A stretch of DNA of 64,000 nucleotides from the NCBI GenBank assembly GCA_965112735.1, contig OZ218951.1, positions 4,836,001 through 4,900,000 on the forward strand. The letters run 5' to 3'. Below, piece after piece: positions 11,345-21,264 of this stretch. This DNA is from Phaeosaccion multiseriatum. Its lineage: Eukaryota > Protista > Ochrophyta, other classes. Made by a program: the position numbers and the translations under genes. The notes beneath the pieces were generated by a model, which was not told the origin of the DNA, ran no database searches, and was given only the letters and a program-made list of their open reading frames with translations. Position 1 is the first letter of the stretch; each line of letters opens with the position of its first letter.

Positions 11345-12831
11345 TCAGCCCATCTCCTCCGCCATGCTCTCCCACGTCTCGCTCCCCACACTCCAGGGCC
11401 TCTCCAGCGGCAGGATTCCGCTCTCCTTGCCGAAGGTCGGATCCGTCCTTCGCATGAGGTCCAGCGCGGTTTGGGACCGGAAGAAGGCTGTTGCCGCATC
11501 CATCAGTCGCTGCTCGATGCCGAGGCCGAGCTGACACCGCCGTGCCCCAGCCAAGGCCTTGTCCACCGAAGCACCGGCCGAGAGGAGCTGCCGCGCAGTC
11601 CCGTGGTGGTCTTCGCAGATGGCACCAAGGAGAGGGGTGGTACCGTCTGTTGCCGTGACATCGATGGGGGATCCCGCAGGGATGAGACGAGCGACGATGG
11701 CCTCGTGCCCACCCTCCGCGGCAAGGTGGAGGGGTGAAGCGCCCTTACTGGTTTTCATGTGCACACGTGCTCCCGCAGAGAGAAGCTTCTGCACCACGCC
11801 GTCGTGTCCCTCTTGAGAGGCAAGGTGAAGAGGAGTGAAACCTTCGAGGTCAGCCTTGTCGATGCTGGCGTGGGCCCTGATGAGCTGCTGTACGATGCCT
11901 GCATGCCCTTCAACAGATGCCTGATGAAGCGGAGTTCTCCCTTGATTACTTGCGTGGTTCACATCCGCTTGGGCTGAGATGAGGTGCCTTACAATAGAGC
12001 TGTGTCCGTTCTGAGAGGCGATCCAAATCGCAGAGATACCCCGCTTATCGGCCAAGTCGACAATAGCACGCGCCGAGAGCAGCTGCTGCACAGTCGTGGA
12101 GTGCCCCCTTTCCGACGCTACCATCAAGGGAGTAGCTCCTGCTGTGGCGTCCGCCTGGTCGACAGGGGCTCCAATGTCCAACAGCCGCCTCACCACCTGA
12201 TCGTGTCCGCAGCTGCTAGCCGCTATCAACGGCGTGCCTCCAAAGGGTCCCCCTCTGGTGCTGAAGGAGGCTCCTTCCCGCAGGAGAAGGTCTAAGACAT
12301 CCAGCCGATCGTGCAGTATAGCCTCAAGCATTGCGGTACATCCTTCTTCGTCGATGGGCTGATCCAAGCTTGCTTTGCCATGCTTGGCGATGAGCGTCCC
12401 AATCAGCGCGTTCACGGTGGGGAAGCTGGCTCCTTTCTTCAGAGCCTGCCCCAGCCGCCCCGCCTGGTGTTGTTGAGGGAAACGAGTTCGGGGGGGACAG
12501 ACGCACACACGTACATAGGATGAAAGGGATCAACAGGAAGCTGCTCGCTGCTTCGAAACGTGAGCATCCCACCGCCGCCCATCGTATCCGCAAAAGCCCC
12601 CCCTCGCTTTCCATCTTAGTGTACTGTGTGAGAAGCGGGGGAGAGGCGCAAACTCCGGGGAAAAAAGGGATCAATAGAGAGCTGCCCTCTGCGTCGACAC
12701 GTGAGAACCCACCGCAGCTATCGTATCCGCACAAGAACCCCTCTCTCTTTGCTTCATTCTTTCCGAAGGACACCGTCTTACAGGAGGACGCTAGGTCGTA
12801 CCTCGGGCGATAAAGTTGCCTGCTCCGCCAT
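11345..12831 (-). CDS. Ankyrin-repeat protein ANK2; exons 12831-12802, 12463-11345
   Basis: Intact paralogue of ANK1 with the same splice sites and a one-codon insertion (DATAG). Confidence 0.9.
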
Positions 12832-12922
12832 GGTATGAGCAAGCGGCTTCACGATTGAGACGGTATTGCTCACAAGGGGCCTACGGAAGGCTCTCTCGCT
12901 GCTGTGCAGTAGTCAGTGGCTC

Positions 12923-12989
12923 GTAATTATGAGAGAATTTTTTTTTTTTTTTTTTTTTATAGGAATGACCTAAGGAACTGAAAGTGTGA

Positions 12990-13033
<44 letters not shown>

Positions 13034-13126
13034 GTGTCGCTGAGTCGTCGGGGCCCTCGAGGGGCCGGTTACTCCCCCTCTAGGGCGGGGAGGGGGAGTG
13101 CAGGACCGGCTCCGCGGTTGTGCCGA
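12923..13126 (-). mobile_element. 3'-end fragment (~200 bp) of family A retrotransposon with poly(A) tail, inserted with ~93-bp target deletion
   Basis: Matches 6413-6579 with several substitutions; T-run at ~12938-12958; CCGA microhomology at the 5' junction; host sequence between GGCTC and CCGATCC is missing. Confidence 0.88.
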
Positions 13127-13144
13127 TCCAAGGAGGGCGGAGTT

Positions 13145-13484
13145 TTGAGAGAGAACCAAAAAAAAACACGACCTCATTTGGTCTCTTATAGGATGGAACA
13201 GCAAGGTTTTTGTCCTTCAGCTCAGGTGCTTTCAAAACACTCGCCACCCAAGAACACCTGAACATGAGGGCTGCCTTATGGACGAGCTGTTTGTGTCATT
13301 CGAAGGCGCTTGGCTGTGGCGCTCCAGCGGGCCCGCCATGAGAGATCGATTCGCCACCGGGTTCTGGCCGGTATCAACTTTGTTCCGATGGAGAGGACTG
13401 ACGAGTCGGAGGTAGACGACCTCTGGGAACTTAGTTTTAGTTCCCAGGGGGCTTTCTGGAGTGTATACTAAAAGTAAATATAAA
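13145..13484 (+). mobile_element. Degraded 3'-end fragment of family B retrotransposon in opposite orientation; possible AGTT TSD
   Basis: Translates to ..EQQG..PSAQ..RAVCVIRRRLAVALQRARHERSIRHRVLAGINFVPMERTDESE, near-identical to the C-terminus of ORF 16045-17361; AGTT at 13141-13144 and 13485-13488. Confidence 0.85.
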
Positions 13485-13912
13485 AGTTCGTTTGGGTGAA
13501 AGGCAGCGGCAGCAAGGCCGTGTTGAGTGCGCACAGACGCGACCGCGCCGCTGCTGCCTAGATGGGCGGTGCCTTCCTTCCGCCTCCACACGAACACAAC
13601 GACCTGGCGTTCACCTTTACCATTGTGTGTTTAACCAGGAACAGTTTTCTCTTATCCTACGACTACTTGCTGTGTCCGCATGCCCCATCAAGGAAGCCCT
13701 CGGCCTCGACCCATCGGGACTACACTCTCCCCCCTTCAAACGAACTGACTTTCTCTCTCCCCCCTCCCTCAAGCTATGCACTTCTTCGCCCATTGATCCC
13801 GTAAGCTACACACATGACTCCCCTCCCCCCCCGGACCCCCTTCCTCCTGTACTCCGCCCCTCTCTGCGACAGAGCATCGCAATCACTTCATCGCTCCTAC
13901 ACCAAGCCAGTG

Positions 13913-14165
13913 TCGGCCCCCCGCGGGGCTTCTCGGGCTCCGGGCTTCTAGGCCATAGCCCCCTCCAGGCTTCGGGCTTCTGGCCGCAGGCCAGAGGTCT
14001 GGGCTTCGGGCTTCTCAGGCTGGGGAAAAAAATGGGAGACTTGGGCTTCTCGCTACTTTCCTGCAGGCTTCTGGCCGCAGGCCAGCCCCGGGCTTCTTAC
14101 TTTCGGCCGCAGGCCGCCTCAGACTTCTGCTTATCGGGGGGCCCGAGAAGCCCGCGGGGGGGCGA
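13913..14165. mobile_element. MITE (253 bp) with ~25-bp TIRs TCG(G/C)CCCCCCGCGGG(G)CTTCTCGGGC and 4-bp TSD AGTG
   Basis: Absent from the other three units (empty site CCAGTGTGCC in unit 1); internal GGGCTTC repeats. Confidence 0.9.
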
Positions 14166-14336
14166 AGTGTGCCACGGGCAGTCCCTCTCTCGCATCGCAT
14201 CCTGATGTACAGGCTCTCCACTCGCATGGGCTGCATGACTGGTGCAAGCGAGCGAGCTGGAGCGGTACTCTTTCGTTGCCAAAGTCGTCGTTGCCCCTAC
14301 CAGCCCCCACCTCCCGCATCCCTCCTGGCTGCTCGC

Positions 14337-15839
14337 TCAGCCCATCTCCTCCGCCATGCTCTCCCACGTCTCGCTCCCCACACTCCAGGGCCTCTCCAGC
14401 GGCAGGATTCCGCTCTCCTTGCCGAAGGTCGGATCCGTCCTTCGCATGAGGTCCAGCGCGGTTTGGGACCGGAAGAAGGCTGCTGCCGCATCCATCAGTC
14501 GCTGCTCGAAATCCCGGCTGAGCTGCCACCGCCGTGCCACAGCCAAGGCCTTGTCCACCGAAGCACCGGCCGAGAGGAGCTGCCGCGCAGTCCCGTGGTG
14601 GTATCCGCAGATGGCAGCAAGGAGAGGGGTGGCTCCGCTTGATGCCGTGACATCGATGGGGGATCCCAAAGAGATGAGACGAGCGACGACGGCCTCGTGC
14701 CCATTCTGCGCGGCAAGGTGGAGAGGTGTTGAGCCCTTGTTGGTCCTTTTGTCCACATGTGCTCCCGCAGAGAGGAGCTTCCCCACCACAGCGTCGTGCC
14801 CTTCCTGACAGGCAAGGTGAAGAGGAGTGAAACAGTGGAGGCTAGCCTTGTCGATGCTGGCGTGGGCCCTGATGAGCTGCTGTACGATGCCCGCATGCCC
14901 TTTGAGCGATGCCTCCCGAAGCGGAGTTCTCCCTTGATTATCTGCGTGGTTCACATCCGCTTGGGCTGAGATGAGGTGCCTTACAACAGAGCTGTGTCCG
15001 TTCTGAGAGGCAAGCCATATCGCAGATAAACCCTGCTCGTCCGCCAAGTCGACATTAGCACACGCTGAGAGCAGCTGCTGCACTGTTGTGGAGTGCCCCT
15101 GTTCCGATGCCGCAATCAAGGGAGTACCTCCTGTGGTTTCCGCTTGGTCGACAGGGGCTCCCATGTCCAACAGCCGCCTCACCACCTGATCGTATCCGTA
15201 GCCGCTAGCCGCTATCAATGGCGTGTATCCAAAGGGTCCCCCTCTGGTGCTGAAGGAGGCCCCTTCCCGCAACAGAAGGTCCACAACATCCAGCCGATTG
15301 TGCCGTATAGCCTCAAGCATTGCGGTACATCCTTCTTCGTCGATGGGCTGATCCAAGCTTGCTTTGCCATGCTTGGCGATGAGCTTCCCAATCAGCGCTT
15401 TCACAGTGGGGAAGCTGTCTCCTCTCTTCAGAGCCTGCCCCAGCCGCCCCGCCTGGTTTTGTTGAGGGAAACGAGTTCGGGGGGGAGGGAAGCACGCACG
15501 TACATAGGATAATAGGGATCAGCAGGAAGCTGCTCACTGCTTCGATACGCCAGCATTCCACCGCCGCCATCCTATCCGCAAAGCCCCCCCCTCGCTTTGC
15601 TCTCCCCGAAACACAGAGTCCATCTTAGTGTACTGTCTGAGAAGCGGGGGAGAGGCGCAAACTCCGGGGAAAAAAGGGATCAATAGAGAGCTGTCCTCTG
15701 CGTCGACACGTGAGCTTCCCACCGCAGCTATCGTATCCGCACAAGAACCCCTCTCTTCGCTCCATTCTTTCCGAAGAACACCGTCCTACAGGAGGGCGCT
15801 GGGTCGTACCTCGGGCGTTAAAGTTCCCTGCTGCGCCAT
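14337..15839 (-). CDS. Ankyrin-repeat protein ANK3; exons 15839-15810, 15452-14337
   Basis: Intact paralogue with the same splice sites and reading frame. Confidence 0.9.
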
Positions 15840-15985
15840 GGTGAGCAAGCGGCCTTGCGCTTGAGACGGTAATGCTGACAAGGGGCCTACAGAAGGCTCT
15901 CTCGCTGCTGTGCAGTAGTCGGTGGCTCTGCCTATCATCGTCCCTCCCGGTCTCTGAAAAGGATATCCTGAAAAGTTCTGAAACT

Positions 15986-18726
15986 TACACCCTTAAGTGC
16001 CATCTATGGTTGTCTAAAAGTAATGTCTCACCGCCCCGGGGAACTTAGCCCTCGAGGTCGTGTCCCTCTGACTCATCAGTTCTCCCCATTGGAACAAAGT
16101 TGATACCAGCCAGGATCCTGTGTCGAACCGATCGTTCGTGTCGGGCCCGCTGGAGCGCTACGGCTAATCGCCGCCGAATGACGCAAACAGCTCTCGCATA
16201 AGCCTCCATGTCCAGATGTTCGTGCCCCCCAGCCATGTGGGTGGCAAGTGTTTTCATAAACGTCTGAGCAGAAGGACCAAATGCGCCTTGCTGTTCTATT
16301 GCGAAAGGGACGAGGTGGTACCTCGTGGGGTCATAGTGGATATCCCCACCCTGGCCTTCCATGCCTACCTGTGGCACCCCATACCTGGTCCGCTTAGTTG
16401 CTTCAGCCTTCTTGGCTGCCGCGAGTGCCTCCTTCGATGCCTTGGCCCGATTGGTGATGTTGGTGGCATCTGTGAGCGTGACATCAATCATAAGTGATTT
16501 GTGGCCGTCCCCATATTCGTGGTCGGATGGAAGCTCAAACATCCTAGGGGGGGTCACGATGTCCATCTCCATCTGCTTAGCCACGTGGGCGTCACCCCTC
16601 ACGGCGTTGCTCCCCCCTCTCCCTCGTCGTGGGGTGACCGTTCTTTCCCTCATGAAGAAGGGGAAGCCGGTGTTCTGCACTATCCCTCTGCCCAGGCCCT
16701 CAGTCTTCATCAAGGCGACAAGTGCCTTCTGCACAGCGTCATGTTGGGGTGTGCCGAGCCCCGTCTTTGTGCAGATGATTATGTGCCCCTCCGTCAGCGC
16801 CTTGCCAGGACACTTGTGGCAGTCCTTGCTGTATGTGGGATCGAAGCCTAGCCGGCTCCGGATGGCACCCTTATGCTCGGGAGGCGTGAGGTGGAGTGCA
16901 CCCCCTGCCGTTTTGGTGGGTCGGAGATGAAGCCACGCACCAGCCCCCTTCACGCTGTGACTGAGGGCTCTGGCCAGGCCCTTCTCCCGTGCATCCTGCT
17001 GTGGGATCAGTTTCAGGTGTTCCAGATAGTCTGTCCTCGCCTTCGACGTGAGGAGCTTGGTGAGACGCTTCTGGGCACCTCGCCTAGCCCCGTGGCGGCT
17101 CTGTGGGATGGAGGGTCCGCCCCCATCCAACATCTTGGTTTCCTCTGTCCGCCAGCGTATCTGGTCCACTACATCCTCGTCAACCTCTCCTGGTGCCACG
17201 TCGTGCTCACCACCCCCTGGGTCTTCGTCTCTCCCACCCCCTGGGTCTTCGTCACTCCCGCCCCCTGGGTCCGCCTCGCTGTCGGAGGTTGGCCCGTCTA
17301 CGGGCCCCTCCTGCATTGCCGCTGCGTCGCACCCCTCCGCCCCCCCCCTAGGTTGGACCACGTCGTCGCCCCCAAGTCTGCTCCCTCATCCCCAGACTGT
17401 GTGTCGCCCCCCCCGGGGGTCACACCCGCGGCCGGCTGGTCTCCTCGGCGACCCTCTGGTCTGTGCACTTCATGCGCTGGGGTCTCCTCTCTCTCCGGGA
17501 AGAGCTTGGTGATCAGCCATGGCTCACTCCATCTGTTGTCGCTGAGGTGGGGAATGATTGACGCCGCGCTGTACAGGGATGCTGTGATTACCCATGGCGG
17601 GAGGTCACAGTATGTGGGTCCAAGCGCATCTCGCAGCAAGCCTCCCCCCGTGGGGAGGAGCAGGGCCTCCGGTCTGCTGATGTGGCCGTGGGCAAGCAAC
17701 ACAGCCCATCCTTTCGGGAGGGACTTGAGGAAGCGCTCCTGTTGGCTGAGAGCACCTTCGGCCGCGTCTGCCTTGGGCGTGCTGGGGAGTTGGTCGTGGA
17801 TACGAGCTGCTGCTTGTATCACACGGATATGGTAGCCGTTGGGACCCTGTCCACGCTGTGACAGGGCCTGCCTGCTCCGCGGTCCCACCTCTCTGAGGGC
17901 GAAGGGGAGGGCTTGCATCGCCCCTGCAAGGAAGGCTGCGTCACAGAGTTCGGCTTGGGGGACGAGTCCCAGACCTCCATCGCCCACCTTCAGCCTCGCC
18001 TGTCTCGCTCTCAGCTCATCACCTATGAGGGGGAGCATCCGGAAGGTGTCCCTGCCCCCCTGCAGCACCCTCTCCTCTTGCGCTGCTCTGTGTACCTCTA
18101 GCTAGTATCGCCGTTACTGAGGTGCGCCCTGGATCCAGAGAGTTGGTTGCTGCATACCCCACGAGAGTGTCAAAGAGGGTGAGGGTGTGTCGAATGAGGT
18201 CCGGCGGGGTTACCCTCATCAGGAAGTTGGCCTTGGGAATCATCGACCTGGCTGCCAGGTACATCGAGCTGGAAGAGTCGTCCATGCGCCCAGCGAGCTC
18301 GCAGAGCTGGGGCATCACGCTGGTGGTGCCTAGCTGCTCATCGATGTATTGTTCCACAAAAGCTTGCGTGCCAACTGGCGCTCCAACCACTACAGCCCCT
18401 CAGTTGCCATTCGGGTGATGTATCCAGTGCCCCCCTTCGCCCCCTCCGTCTTCTCGAGCCATGTCCTCTCTTGTGGCGACAGCACCCTCCCCTTCCCCAG
18501 TAGCACGACACACTTGGTGGGGTTGAGGGAGAGGCTGACCTCAGCCAGCCTGCGGGCCATGAACTCCTGGCTCACTAGGTTTGCGCGGTGATAGAGCGGC
18601 TCCCCGCATGCCCCACTCACTCTCATGCCATCTAGGTAGGCGGTGGCTCGTACTCCAGTGCCCTGCATGAGATTATTGTGATCACGCAGGATGGGCAGGA
18701 GGAGGGCGGCGTACATAAGCGCGCCT
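15986..18726 (-). mobile_element. Non-LTR retrotransposon, RLE (CRE-like) type, family B; 5'-truncated within RT and frameshifted; 5-bp TSD AAACT
   Basis: AAACT at 15981-15985 and 18727-18731 (empty site 6375-6379); AYLDG (degenerate YxDD), VVGAPVG, LKVGDGGLG, CHKC..HIIIC, MEMD...IDVT...FAIEQQG spread over four ORF segments. Confidence 0.88.
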
Positions 18727-19403
18727 AAACTATGGAGGCCTCTGAAGCAGGCATTGGGTTTGGTGATCCGATTCACAGATCCCGATCCAAGGAGGGCGGA
18801 GTTCCTTTGTTTGGGTAAAAGGCAGCGGCAGCAAGGCCGTGTTGAGTTTAAGCGCGCACAGACGCGACCGCGCCGCTGCTGCCTAGATGCGCGGTGCCTT
18901 CCTTCCGCCTCCACACGAGCACAACGAACTGTCGTTCACCTTTACCATTGTGTATTTGGCAGGGCAGTACCCTTGCTTCTCTAAGCTACGACTTCTTGCT
19001 GTGCCCGCATGCCCCACCAAGGAAGCCCTCGGCCTCGATCCGTCGGGATTGCACTCTTCCCTCTCCACATGAGCTCACCTTCCCTCTCCCTCCTCCCTCA
19101 AGCTATGCACTTCTTCGCCCATTGATCCCGTAAGCTACACACGTGACTCCCCTCCCCCCCGGACCCTATACCTCCTGTACTCCGCCCCTCTCTGCGACAG
19201 AGGATCGCAATCACTTCATCCCTCCTATACCAAGCCAGTCTGCCATGGGCAGTCTCTCCCTCGCATCGCATCCTGATGTACAGGCTCACTCGCATGGGCT
19301 GCATGCCTGGTGCAAGCGAGCGAGCTGGAGCAGTACTCTTTCGTTGCCGAAGTCGTCGCTGCCCTACCAGCCCCCACCTCGCCCATCCCTCCTGGCTGCT
19401 CGC

Positions 19404-20907
19404 TCAGCCCATCTCCTCCGCCATGCTCTCCCACGTCTCGCTCCCCACACTCCAGGGCCTCTCCAGCGGCAGGATTCCGCTTTCCTTGCCGAAGGTCGGA
19501 TCCGTCCTTCGCATGAGGTCCAGCGCGGTTTGGGACCGGAAGAAGGCTGTTGCCGCATCCATAAGTCGCTGCTCGATGTCCCAGCCGAGCTGCCACCACC
19601 GTGCCCCAGCCAAGGCCTTGTCCACCGAAGCACCGGCCGAGAGGAGCTGCCGCGCAGTCCCGTGGTGGTCTCCGCAGATGGCAGCAAGGAGAGGGGTGGT
19701 ACCGTTTGTTGCCGTGACATCGATGGGGGATCCCGCAGAGATGAGACGAACGACGACGGCCTCGTGCCCACCCTCCGCGGCGAGGTCGAGAGGTGTTGCG
19801 CCATTGTTGGCCCGTTTGTCCACACGTGCTCCCGCAGAGAGAAGCTTCTCCACCACGGCGTCGTGTCCCTCTTGAGAGGCAAGGTGAAGAGGAGTGAAAC
19901 CTTCGAGGTCAGCCTTGTCGATGCTGGCGTGGGCCCTGATGAGCTGCTGTACGATGCCTGCATGACCATAATGCGATGCCTGATGAAGCGGAGTAGTCCC
20001 GCGATTATCTGCGTTGTTCACATCCGCTTGGGCTGAGATGAGGTGCCTTACAATAGAGCTGTGTCCGTTCTGAGAGGCCATCCAAATCGCAGAGATACCC
20101 CGCTTATCGGCCAAGTCGACAATAGCACGCGCCGAGAGCAGCTGCTGCACTATCGTGGAGTGCCCCTGTTCCGATGCCGAACTCAAGGGAGTAATTCCTG
20201 TGGCATCCGCTTGGTCGACAGGGGCCCCAATATCCAACAGCCGCCTCACCACCTGATCGTGTCCAACGCGGCTAGTCGCTATCAACGGCGTGCTTCCAAA
20301 GCGCCCCCCTCTGGTGCTGAAGGAGCCCCCTTCCCGCAACAGAAGGTCTAAGACATCCAGCCGATCGTGCACTGCAGCCCTAAACACTGCGGTACATCCT
20401 TCGTCGTCGATGGGCTGATCCAAGCTTGCTTTGCCGTGCTTGGCGATGAGCTTCCCAATCAGCGCTTTCACCGTGGGGAAGCTGTCTTCTCTGACCAGGG
20501 CCTTTTCGAGTCGCCGCGCCTGGTGTTGTTGAGGGCAACGAAGTGGGGAAGGAGAGACGCACGCACGTACATAGGATGAAAGGGATCAGCAGGAAGCTGC
20601 TCACTGCTTCGATACGCCAACATCCCACCGCCGCCATCCTATCCGCAAAGCCCCCCCTCGCTTTGCTCTCCCCGAAACACAGAGTCCATCTTGGTATACT
20701 GTCTTGGGAAGCGGGGGAGAGGCGCAAACGCCGGGGAAAAAGGGATCAATAGAGCGCTGCCCTCTGCGTCGACACGTGAGCTTCCCACCGCAGCTATCGT
20801 ATCCGCACACAAGAACCCCTCTCTTTGCTCCATTCTTTCCGAAGAACACCGTCGTAGAGGAGGGCGCTAGGTCGTACCTCGGGCGTTATAGCTGCCTGCT
20901 GCGCCAT
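19404..20907 (-). CDS. Ankyrin-repeat protein ANK4; exons 20907-20878, 20519-19404
   Basis: Intact paralogue; outermost copy, head-to-head with the gene at 21265. Confidence 0.9.
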
Positions 20908-21264
20908 GGTGAGCAAGCGGTTCCGCCCTTGAGACGAGCAGTGCTGACAAGGGGCCTACAGAAGGCTCTCTCGCTGCTGTGCCTGCTGTGCAGTAGTCAG
21001 TCGCCCTGCCTGTCACGGCCCTCCCGTTTTTTGGTTGTTGGAGGCCTCTGAAGGCATCGGGGGGCTTGATGCTCCAGAGTCACAGATCCCGATCTTTAGA
21101 AGGAGACCCCTCAGCTTCTCAACCTTGAAAGAGAAGGATACAATCGTGGAGCATAGAGCACTGATGGCGTAGGAAGCACACGCAACACGCAGCCAAGGAC
21201 GTGTAGGGGCTACGCGACACACGATCAGAAAGATCGCAGTCAGTTCAGCAGGGCAACGGCAAGA

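Larger units (their letters stand above)
4218..21094. repeat. Tandem array of four ~2.3-kb ankyrin-gene units, with internal spacers interrupted by retroelements
   Basis: Near-identical 3' flank, CDS, intron and promoter repeated at about 4218-6397, 10677-12922, 13123/13485-15985 and 18727-21094. Confidence 0.95.

Noticed and set aside
4744-20907. Diversity-generating retroelement (RT + variable target genes)
   Set aside because: The RTs are non-LTR RLE type with TSDs, no template/variable repeat pair is evident, and substitutions are not restricted to adenines.
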